Source of the DNA: Thermoguttaceae bacterium
GTDB lineage: Bacteria; Planctomycetota; Planctomycetia; Pirellulales; Thermoguttaceae
DNA: 64,000 bases
Assembly (NCBI GenBank): GCA_017939795.1
Contig: JAGBAA010000102.1
Coordinates: 1-64,000 of the forward strand
Direction: 5' to 3'
Shown piece after piece: positions 56,307-64,000 of the stretch; the first letter of the stretch is position 1; every line of letters begins with the position of its first letter. The notes under the pieces were generated by a model, which worked only from the letters and a program-made list of their open reading frames with translations, made no database searches and had not been told where the DNA came from. Position numbers and translations under genes: made by a program.

Positions 56307-58289
56307 TCACTCGATCCAGCGTCTTTGGTAGAAGTACCATTCGGCAATCGTTCCCGCGCAGACGATCAGGATCAGCAGCGTCCACATTGGGACGATGTCT
56401 TCTCCTGGGTACGTGAAGATCTGCTCCGGAGGCGTCGGAATATTCAGGTCACTGTCCGGGAATGTTTCATCCGCAGACCAGCCGGTTTCCAGTCCGCGCG
56501 AGATTCGTGCTTCGGAAGCCGGCGTATGGATGATCCAGTCGAATGCGTACTGGAGGAATGCCGGGAAATCGTCCGCCAGGATCCAGTCGCTTTGCGTCAA
56601 ATCGCACGCACAGAGCACATTTCGAGCTGAGTTTTTTGATTCCAGCCCCCACGTGAGTTCCGTCATTTCGACAGTTTTTGCCTGCTTGGCGAAGTTTTCG
56701 TCTTCTTCAGAGGCACCTGATGCTTCATTGGTCTCCAGCGCACTCTGAGAGAACAGCCATGGACTGGAAGAGACCATTTCCGGGACCGGGATGAGCGCAT
56801 TCGTGTCGTTGAATCCGACGCCGGCAGTCGAGATCCCGCTTCGCAGACCATCCATCCACGGCATCAGCACATAGTCACGGACCGTTTCGCTGCGTTTCCA
56901 GAGCGGAGTGTCTGCCGGCGGGGCAAAGAAGAGGCTTCTCTTCGGGATCTCTGTCTCGAAGACAGATTTTCCGGGGAGCGTCCGGTCAAAGATCATGATG
57001 TGGAAACGACGGACTCCGGAATCGTCGGTCGTGAACGGGACAGCATGGTGTGTCTCCATGCTTCCTGCAGCCAGACGCGTTCCTTTTTTCAGGACCTTTT
57101 GTTCCACTTCTACCGAGGGGAGCGAACGCAGTGCATTTTCCAGCAGCGTGTTCGGTTCTTTGGGCGTCACGACCGTCACGTGGAAGGTGAATGCTTCATG
57201 AAGTCGAGCTGTGCGCGAATTGTCTTCCGCGAGGGCGTCTTCTTCCGGATCTTTTGGAATGAACTCGGCGCAGATCGAAGCTGCTTTTGCCTGCGTCAGC
57301 GAAATGGTCTGCGTCAGGAGTCCGCCATCCATGAAAGACGGGATCTCTACCGCGATCTCCTGAGTTTCCCAATTTTTATCTAAATGGCTGGCCTGAGTGT
57401 CTGCGTTTTCTGCCGGATCGCCCGTCTGTGCGTCAGCCAGTGTGTCCATTTGCGTGTTCGCCTGCGAGTCTGCGTCTTTCGTTTCATTTTCCGGACGATG
57501 CGAGATCTTCAGGGTCCCGGAGACCGGTTTGTCGGCAAAGTTTCGCAGTGAAACGAAAATTTCAGCATTTTCCGGCTTCTCAGGCGTTCGGCGTTCCGCA
57601 CAGAGTGTTTCAAGTTGGACATTTCCGCGGGGCTGCCCAACCGGGATCCAGCGCACCGTCTCATCTTTCAGGACCGTCTCAGCCAGTGGAAAGCACCCAT
57701 CGCTGATGAGAATGACGTGGTTGGTTTGAGGATCAAAGACGCCGCCGGTCCCTGCCGTAATGAGAGATCGCGCCATGGAAACGGCTTCGTCGATCGGAGC
57801 ACGTCCTCCTGCAGAGGGAAGCGTCTCGAAAGAAGCGAGGAGCTGCTCGGGATCATGCGACATTCGGGAGTGGATCCCAATTTTTTCGCCCACGACAAGA
57901 ACTGCAAGCGAATCAACGTACCCCATGTTTTGAATGAGAGCCTGGGCTCGCTCTTTCGCTTCCTCAAATCTTGATCTTCCGTCCTCATTCAGGACCCCCA
58001 TGCTCGTCGTGGCGTCCAGTACAAGAACGGCACGCTGTGGACGCCGCCAACATGGTTCCGCCAACGCCGTCACGAAAACGAGCAGGATCGCCAGCTGGAC
58101 CAGCAGCGAAACGAACCATCTCTGCTTCTGCCAGGCTCGGCGAGGGTGCAGTGCCGGGATCGCTTTACGCCACAGTGCCCCCGTAACGACCTGCGCCTGC
58201 GGCCGTCGGGTTCGCCAGAGGTAGAAAAGAATGAGCGGGACCGCAAGCAGGAGCCAGACGAATGCGAAGGGGTGAATGAACGTAACCAT
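56307..58289 (-). CDS. BatA-like membrane protein with von Willebrand factor A (VWA) domain and long C-terminal extension
   Basis: From MVTFIHPFAFVWLLLAVPLILFYLW (TM). VWA core with the MIDAS motif VLVLDATTSMG…; ~660 aa. The track ORF extends to 58478. Confidence 0.7.
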   Translation of the reverse strand: MVTFIHPFAFVWLLLAVPLILFYLWRTRRPQAQVVTGALWRKAIPALHPRRAWQKQRWFVSLLVQLAILLVFVTALAEPCWRRPQRAVLVLDATTSMGVLNEDGRSRFEEAKERAQALIQNMGYVDSLAVLVVGEKIGIHSRMSHDPEQLLASFETLPSAGGRAPIDEAVSMARSLITAGTGGVFDPQTNHVILISDGCFPLAETVLKDETVRWIPVGQPRGNVQLETLCAERRTPEKPENAEIFVSLRNFADKPVSGTLKISHRPENETKDADSQANTQMDTLADAQTGDPAENADTQASHLDKNWETQEIAVEIPSFMDGGLLTQTISLTQAKAASICAEFIPKDPEEDALAEDNSRTARLHEAFTFHVTVVTPKEPNTLLENALRSLPSVEVEQKVLKKGTRLAAGSMETHHAVPFTTDDSGVRRFHIMIFDRTLPGKSVFETEIPKRSLFFAPPADTPLWKRSETVRDYVLMPWMDGLRSGISTAGVGFNDTNALIPVPEMVSSSPWLFSQSALETNEASGASEEDENFAKQAKTVEMTELTWGLESKNSARNVLCACDLTQSDWILADDFPAFLQYAFDWIIHTPASEARISRGLETGWSADETFPDSDLNIPTPPEQIFTYPGEDIVPMWTLLILIVCAGTIAEWYFYQRRWIE

Positions 58290-58532
58290 GGCACAAAACG
58301 GGGATCTGTCCAGTTGAGGGTGAGTTGAAAAATACGCAGGAAACGCAGGCTGTTTCAAAACTGCGTTTCCGTCATGGGGCCGGCAGCGATTCGGTGAACG
58401 GATACCGGCTGACTGTTTGGCGGTTTGCCTGTCATTCTGACTTCCCGACGGCCTGACTATCCGACTTTCGGGGAGCATTTTGCCGACTTCAGACCGTCAG
58501 AGGTCCTATCCTGTTTGGCGGGCATTCGTTCA

Positions 58533-59501
58533 TCAGGCCAGGTCTCGATCCTCGAAAAGGATGAGAGCGAAGAACAGGACGGCGAGTGAGTACAGGAGAC
58601 AGTAGGCTAACGCTCCCAGAAGGTAGACCGCAGATACTTCTGCACCGCCGCCGATACTTGTCTCGAGACTGAAATAGCTCAGGACTGGAAGGACGGCGGA
58701 AAGGAGGTTTCCGATGAATTCCACGATCTGGAATTGCCCGATCGACGATTTTACCATCAGCGGGATCAGGTGTCCCAGAGCGTAGATCGTCGTGCAGAGC
58801 GTGAGGTTGGGGACCATCGGAAGGCGTGTGGCCAGTGCGACGGTGACGGCCGTCATCATCGTGATCTCCATAAATGAGAGTGCCAGGCCGGGGACCGTTT
58901 TTTCCATCGAGGCGATGCACGCCGCCGGTTCCGGGTCGGTGAGACACTGTTCGCGGGCATCATGAACGACTTTCATGGCACACGTCGGCATGAAGACCGT
59001 GCTGAGGACTGCGAAGAAGATAGAAACGCCCATGATGATGCCGAGGAACTTCCCGATGAGGAGCTGACGGCGGCTGATCGGCTTGGAAAGGAGCGTCAGG
59101 GCCGTTTTTTCTTCGATCTCCTCCGAAATCGCTGTCCCGGCGGACCAGACCGCAAGCAGGATGCCGAGTACTTTAATGACGGTGAGGCCCTGAGACTTCA
59201 TGATCTTGACGTCCTCGCCCAGCGTATTGTACGGGATCCATGGGAAAAGGAGGATCGCCATAATGCCGAAGATCATCAGGATCGCGAAGATCGGCTGCTT
59301 CATGACACTGCGTGCTGTATTTCCCGCAATCGCGGAGATTCCCGTCATGGCTCTGGGAAACGGAAGTTTCAGGATCAGCCAGAGCAGAAACGGAAGCGCG
59401 AGGGCCCCCAAAAGGTAGAGTCCCGTGAAGAGGAACGTACCCGGATTGAACCAGATGAAATGATTGACCGCCAGCTGCGGAAAAAAGGAAAAGTCCATCA
59501 T
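58533..59501 (-). CDS. Polytopic membrane protein, ABC-2-type permease-like
   Basis: Six or more hydrophobic helices and a SKPISRRQLLIGKFLG motif typical of ABC-2 permeases. No cognate ATPase is adjacent. Start MMDFSFF (AAGGGA RBS); the track ORF starts at 59543. Confidence 0.55.
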   Translation of the reverse strand: MMDFSFFPQLAVNHFIWFNPGTFLFTGLYLLGALALPFLLWLILKLPFPRAMTGISAIAGNTARSVMKQPIFAILMIFGIMAILLFPWIPYNTLGEDVKIMKSQGLTVIKVLGILLAVWSAGTAISEEIEEKTALTLLSKPISRRQLLIGKFLGIIMGVSIFFAVLSTVFMPTCAMKVVHDAREQCLTDPEPAACIASMEKTVPGLALSFMEITMMTAVTVALATRLPMVPNLTLCTTIYALGHLIPLMVKSSIGQFQIVEFIGNLLSAVLPVLSYFSLETSIGGGAEVSAVYLLGALAYCLLYSLAVLFFALILFEDRDLA

Positions 59502-59783
59502 GTTTTGAAGTCCCTTTTGAGGAAAATGGAAAGAACTTCCCAATGGAGGAGGTTCTTTTGGGGTTTTGTGTGAAGGTTAGGGAACCGGTGAACGCATGGT
59601 ACACACAGGATCCGCGTTTTCAAATCCTGCGGAAGATAGTGCGGAACGCTCCTCTTTTCAGTACGAAAAAACTTTTCGGGAGGTTCTGAAGGTTCCTTCT
59701 ATGGAATTTTCGTCTAATCCCTGCGTTCTTTTTTACTATTATTGCAGAAAATCCAAAATTTTTCAAGGTGGGGAATTTCTCTA

Positions 59784-59812
59784 TTGACAAAATTTTTCAA
59801 TAAAAGTATTCT
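59784..59812 (+). promoter_or_regulatory. Sigma70-like promoter TTGACA - 17 bp - TATTCT upstream of the 59859 gene
   Basis: Consensus -35 and a reasonable -10, ~45 nt before the ATG. Confidence 0.5.
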
Positions 59813-59858
59813 TTTGGAGTAAATTCAGAGAAATTTTTCAATTTCGTCAGGGGTTTCC

Positions 59859-62672
59859 ATGAAAAAACGTTCCTCACTGTCCCATTTTGCTGATCCCTTC
59901 CGCTGCATTCGATGCGCCGGATGGCTTTTCCCGACCGTTCTGTTTTTTCTTGTGGCCGTATTGGAGACCTCTGCCGAAAATGTCGGAAAATCTGTCGCGG
60001 AGCCTGCCGTTTCAGGAACGCCTGTATCGGGCCGTTTAACTCCGGAACCGATGGCGAGATTCGTTTCCAGTTCCGCGTATACTCCGGAAACACGTTCCCC
60101 GTTTGCGATCCTGGCACCGGAGGCCGTGGAGCCAAATGTGGAAAAACTGTCGGACTCCGTAAAGTCTGGGACTTTGGGACCCGCATCGTCTGATTCCGGT
60201 TCAGGATCCGTTGGGGCTTCGGAGACCGATCTTCCGCCTGCCCCTCCCAGAGAACTTTTCCGTGATTTTCTGCATGATGTTTCGGATGGGACTCCGCAGA
60301 TCCGCGATCCTCATGTCGTTCCGGTCGGCTATGCCGGAGTGCCGGGCGGGGCGGAGGCGTCCGGAACGGCCGAGCCTTTTCGGTACACGATGCTGGCAAA
60401 TGGAACGCTCATTTATGGTTCGGTCCGTTTTGTTGATGATTTGTGCGAGATCACGACCGGGACCGGTACGCGGAGTTTTCCTAAAAATCAGGTGGATATC
60501 GTCGCGGATTCCTGCCGGCAGATCTACGAGTGGCGTGCCTCGCAGATTTTTGTAAACGATCAGGAAAAACGCTGTGAGCTCATCCAGTGGTGCTTTCAGC
60601 ATGAAATGCTTTCGGAAGCCTCGGAACAGATCGCTCTTTTGCGTCAGACGGTGCCGGATCATCGGATCCTGCCTGTTTTCGAGCGTCGTCTGGAATTTCT
60701 TCAGCGGAAACAGGATGAAGCACGTTTGGTTCCGCATGCGCCGGCAGTGGGAAACTCTGTCCCCGCAGAGAGTCTTGCCGTTTCGGAAAATGGAAATGTT
60801 TCCGGCCTGGTTTTGTTGAACAGAGATGCTTCCTCCGGAGTTGGCGGGACCTCCATTGAGGGAACTGGAGCCTCTTTCGTCGGGGGAACCGTTCCGGGGG
60901 CCGAGCCGGTTCGTCCCCAGGGACCCACGTCGGCAGAATTGGATCAGCTTGCTGATTCCCTGCCCAAGGATTCGATCGAGATCTTTCGGCGCAAGATCCA
61001 GCCGATCCTTCAGCGAAACTGCATGACGGCCGGATGCCATGGTCCGGATTCCGAGACGCGCTACCGTCTGCATCGTATTTCGTCTCAGATGGGACGCGGT
61101 GCCGTTTTACAGAATATCCATGCATCTCTTCAGCAGATCCATCTTACGCAGCCGGAACTCAGCCCCTTTTTGCGTAAGCCCGTCACGCCGCACTCACAGG
61201 ACCGCCGGATCGTTTTTGCGAATCAGGATTATGCGACCTACCAGCTGCTCATAGGCTGGACGTATCTCGTTGCGCAAAACCGCTACGTCATCCCGCAGGA
61301 ACGGCTTCTTCCGTCTTCCGGTTCTGCACCGGTCTATTCGCCGACTTCACGGGGGCTCATCCGGATCTCTGGACGTTCCGGGTTGCGAGCTGGTCCATGC
61401 GATATGTGGGGTGTGGATCCGAGTCTCTATCCGCAGGCACTCTACCCGCAGGAGTACGTTCAGACTGCGCCGCTGGCAGTGGTTCAGGAAAATGCCGTGT
61501 CTGCCGGAAATGCACTTTCAGGCACTCCTTCCGGAGCACTTCCGCCAATGCGTCTTGCGCTGCCGAAGCGTGAAAATGAAACGGATCCTCCGGAGGAAGC
61601 CGAGACTGCCGTTTCTGCGGAAACGATCGCTGACCCGGCAGTTCGTCCTGCGGCAGGTGAAAGCGGAGAACAGAACGAAAAGAATGCCGTTCTGCCGGTT
61701 TCGAGCGAAGAAAAGTCGTCGGATCCTCCTCGCGAAATGAGAGATCTTGCCGGGGAAGAGAAGCTGCATGCGGAGACCTCGGCAAAACAGGACGCCGAAC
61801 ATGGAATGGAACCGAATGCCGAGACGGAACAGGATGCGGAACGGGATGCAGCACAGGGAACGAAACCTCGTACGGGAGAAAAAACGCACCGGAAAAGCCC
61901 GTGGAATACGGTTCGGAATCTCTTTCGGCGCGGAGGAAAAGAAGATCCTGAAGATTCAGGACCCTCGGTGGATACGGAGGCATACAGTTTGTCGAATGAT
62001 GTCAGGCCGGAGTCGGACGAAGACGCCGATGCGGATCCGGATGCCGTCGATGCAGGAGCGGAAAATGAAGCCGGCTTGGGACCTGCCGATTCGGAACAGA
62101 CTGATTCAGCCCCGGAAGTGCTGGACTGGCAGACATTTCGCGATTCCGAAGAAGCCGAACGCCTGAACGATGGAGATGATGAGGCACCTGGGGACGGCGA
62201 GCGTGCTGAAATGGATGGCGCACAGGAAGCTGGGACGAATACGCATGAAGACGCTCGAGACACTCAAACGCAGGATCCTGCCCTTACTGCCGAAAATGTA
62301 CTGGATCTCAACGGAGATCCGCAGGCTCCAGCTCAATATTATGTTCCGGGACGCCACACGATCGAAACGCCGCTTTACGCGCCGGGACAGAGTTCCATTT
62401 CCCGCGTGCACGTGCCGGGCCGCTCAACGGCAGAAAATCTGAAACGGGGAAATCCCAATGTTGGCGTGACCGGCTCCCCGATGGCGATCCCCGCTCCAAA
62501 ATCTCCGGCTGCACTGTTGAACGGACGGGATTCTGTGAGTCAGACCGGAGGCAGCTACCACTATGATGCGAACTCGCACTCTCGGATGCCGGCATCTTCC
62601 GGACGCGGAACGCTTCAATGGGAGCAGATGCTTGAACTTCAGGGTGGGGTGGAGTCGCTTAAAAAGAAATAG
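59859..62672 (+). CDS. Secreted, highly acidic low-complexity protein containing a PSCyt1-like (planctomycete cytochrome c-like) motif
   Basis: Signal peptide. Central …IEIFRRKIQPILQRNCMTAGCHGPDSETRYRLHR… resembles the PSCyt1 consensus (F..I.PIL…C..CHG…LRL) but with a Cx4CH spacing. The C-terminal ~350 aa are D/E-rich and disordered. Confidence 0.65.
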   Translation: MKKRSSLSHFADPFRCIRCAGWLFPTVLFFLVAVLETSAENVGKSVAEPAVSGTPVSGRLTPEPMARFVSSSAYTPETRSPFAILAPEAVEPNVEKLSDSVKSGTLGPASSDSGSGSVGASETDLPPAPPRELFRDFLHDVSDGTPQIRDPHVVPVGYAGVPGGAEASGTAEPFRYTMLANGTLIYGSVRFVDDLCEITTGTGTRSFPKNQVDIVADSCRQIYEWRASQIFVNDQEKRCELIQWCFQHEMLSEASEQIALLRQTVPDHRILPVFERRLEFLQRKQDEARLVPHAPAVGNSVPAESLAVSENGNVSGLVLLNRDASSGVGGTSIEGTGASFVGGTVPGAEPVRPQGPTSAELDQLADSLPKDSIEIFRRKIQPILQRNCMTAGCHGPDSETRYRLHRISSQMGRGAVLQNIHASLQQIHLTQPELSPFLRKPVTPHSQDRRIVFANQDYATYQLLIGWTYLVAQNRYVIPQERLLPSSGSAPVYSPTSRGLIRISGRSGLRAGPCDMWGVDPSLYPQALYPQEYVQTAPLAVVQENAVSAGNALSGTPSGALPPMRLALPKRENETDPPEEAETAVSAETIADPAVRPAAGESGEQNEKNAVLPVSSEEKSSDPPREMRDLAGEEKLHAETSAKQDAEHGMEPNAETEQDAERDAAQGTKPRTGEKTHRKSPWNTVRNLFRRGGKEDPEDSGPSVDTEAYSLSNDVRPESDEDADADPDAVDAGAENEAGLGPADSEQTDSAPEVLDWQTFRDSEEAERLNDGDDEAPGDGERAEMDGAQEAGTNTHEDARDTQTQDPALTAENVLDLNGDPQAPAQYYVPGRHTIETPLYAPGQSSISRVHVPGRSTAENLKRGNPNVGVTGSPMAIPAPKSPAALLNGRDSVSQTGGSYHYDANSHSRMPASSGRGTLQWEQMLELQGGVESLKKK

Positions 62673-62744
62673 AGACGCCGAGAAGCGATCTGTTTAAAAA
62701 GAAAGCGCGGATCCGTGGGAAAGCAGGGGATCCGCGCGTTTGAT

Positions 62745-63734
62745 TTAGTCCATCGAAACGACATTTCCATCCGAACGATGTGCGAGATAGTGGTGGTTCT
62801 GCGGGTCGATCGAGTAACTGATCCGCTGGACCGAGCCGTCGCACATGACCATACCGAATGCGCCTGCATGGCAGCTTCCGAAAAGGAAGCGCTCGTAGTT
62901 CGGTCGATCGGCCATAGGGGCGGTATTGTCTGTGGCTGTATTGTACCAGCCTCCGCGCAGATTGTCGTTGCACGCCCCGCTGTAGACCGTCTCATTGTCT
63001 CCCGTTTCGACCGGTGAACTTTCGTATTTGAGCGGGTTCATGTATTTTTCGCCGATCAGATACGTATTGGAGGTTCCGTCGCGGATCTCGCCGATCGTGA
63101 CCTTGCTATGGTAGGAAATGGCTCCCGTGTCGTTCGGAATGGGCCAGGAATTACTTTTCTTTTTGGAGGTCCCGTCTGCAAGGGATCCGATCTTGACTCC
63201 TCCAGGACTGTCGTCCGGATTGAGATGTTTTGTGCCGAAGTTTGCGGCATAATCCGTCTTCACTCCTTCAGAGATCGTACCAGCCTCCTTGTACGTTTTG
63301 CCAGAGGTCGGGTATATCTTCATCGTACGGCGAGACGGACACGTGAACATTCCGACGGGGGTCGTGAGACGGGTACGGATCCCGGCCTGTTCCGGCATAG
63401 TGTCGATGCCGTTCGTTTCGCCAAGATGGAAAAGTGCATCCTGTTCGATAAACGGAAGGATCGAGAAAAACCACGAGCCAGGCTGATCCGGCCCTAGACC
63501 GCGCTGTGGAGTTCCGACCCAGAAGTAATCCCAGCCGCCGGATGGGTAACCCTGCGTAGTGCTTTCATGATTCAGGCACGCCAGACCGTATTGCTTCAGA
63601 TTGTTTGAGCACTGCATCTGCCGCGCTGCTTCTCGAGCCTGCTGAACTGCTGGAAGCAGAAGTCCTACGAGCATTCCGATGATGGCGATGACGACCAGAA
63701 GCTCAACGAGCGTGAATCCGTTCCGTTTTCGCAT
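62745..63734 (-). CDS. DUF1559 protein with prepilin-type N-terminal cleavage/methylation domain (pseudopilin-like)
   Basis: [52 protein letters not shown]. Confidence 0.85.
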   Translation of the reverse strand: MRKRNGFTLVELLVVIAIIGMLVGLLLPAVQQAREAARQMQCSNNLKQYGLACLNHESTTQGYPSGGWDYFWVGTPQRGLGPDQPGSWFFSILPFIEQDALFHLGETNGIDTMPEQAGIRTRLTTPVGMFTCPSRRTMKIYPTSGKTYKEAGTISEGVKTDYAANFGTKHLNPDDSPGGVKIGSLADGTSKKKSNSWPIPNDTGAISYHSKVTIGEIRDGTSNTYLIGEKYMNPLKYESSPVETGDNETVYSGACNDNLRGGWYNTATDNTAPMADRPNYERFLFGSCHAGAFGMVMCDGSVQRISYSIDPQNHHYLAHRSDGNVVSMD

Positions 63735-63860
63735 TTTGATTCTCCCCCTTTTATCTTCCCCAATTGGATTTCTGTTTGCCAGAGTCCTCTCTCCGATCTC
63801 CCTCTAATGTATCAGAGAGAGGATGCACTAAATTGTACTGTCGTTTCATTCTGGATCAGG

Positions 63861-64000
63861 TCACGCCTTCAGTTTCCTTTCGCGGCGGCGAAGCATGAAA
63901 AGACCCAGACCGCCAAGGAGCATGAGACTCCACGTTGCCGGTTCCGGAACGCCTGGACCTGCCTCTGGAATGACCGGGGAGAGCGTTGGGAGCGTCAGCG
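63861..64000 (-). CDS. C-terminal fragment of another PEP-CTERM protein (…PEPATWSLMLLGGLGLFMLRRRERKLKA*); N-terminus lies beyond the window
   Basis: Reverse-strand translation of 63864-63950 gives a canonical PEP-CTERM motif + TM + basic tail ending at a TGA (63861-63863). Confidence 0.6.
   Translation of the reverse strand, partial: LTLPTLSPVIPEAGPGVPEPATWSLMLLGGLGLFMLRRRERKLKA

Noticed and set aside
60201-62263. Minus-strand ORFs (290, 181, 208, 259 aa) overlapping the 59859-62672 gene
   Set aside because: The + strand ORF is far longer (937 aa) and has a signal peptide, a promoter and a PSCyt1-like motif. The minus-strand ORFs are S/R/P-rich images of an acidic coding strand.
1-64000. 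Search for CRISPR arrays, rRNA/tRNA genes, transposases/integrases, toxin-antitoxin pairs
   Set aside because: No spaced identical direct repeats, no rRNA-like conserved stretches, no DDE/tyrosine-recombinase-like ORFs and no convincing tRNA cloverleafs were found by eye. Absence is not proven without covariance-model searches.

Overview
High-GC (~58-60%) chromosomal segment that looks like a PVC-superphylum bacterium (Lentisphaerae/Verrucomicrobia/Planctomycetes-like). Supporting signs are several PEP-CTERM anchored surface proteins, four DUF1559 'prepilin-type N-terminal cleavage/methylation' pseudopilin-like genes, a PSCyt1-like domain protein, and polysaccharide-degrading enzymes (GH10 xylanase, SGNH esterase). 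I call about 33 protein-coding genes and no rRNA, tRNA, CRISPR or transposase.

Main contents, left to right:
- A family of Pmp-repeat (GGAI/FxxN) beta-helix PEP-CTERM proteins: three paralogs, one cut by the left edge. They share a near-identical 5' leader with a motif at a fixed -72..-93 position and a near-identical hairpin terminator, but have divergent central regions.
- An unusually large single ORF fusing a ResB/CcsB-like module, a ~700-aa domain of unknown function, and a CcsA (WWD-motif) cytochrome c synthase module. It sits next to a TatC carrying a ~230-aa loop insertion.
- asd and a cyclase/kynurenine-formamidase-like gene.
- A co-directional three-gene cluster: an SPFH-like protein, an SPFH + long coiled-coil + Zn-ribbon protein, and an FHA-domain protein.
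- An ABC transporter with a 1312-aa double-FtsX permease that contains a near-perfect 51-nt tandem repeat.
- Two tandem PA14/LamG PEP-CTERM paralogs.
- queD, a periplasmic thioredoxin-like protein, an RND pump (MFP + permease), two large secreted glycan-active candidates, and a BatA-like VWA protein.

Candidate contingency features: a C12 tract in the leader region of one Pmp-like paralog, and a G8 tract plus 15-nt tandem repeat in the unusually long leader of a pseudopilin gene.

Most long antisense ORFs in the supplied track are shadows of real genes and are rejected below.
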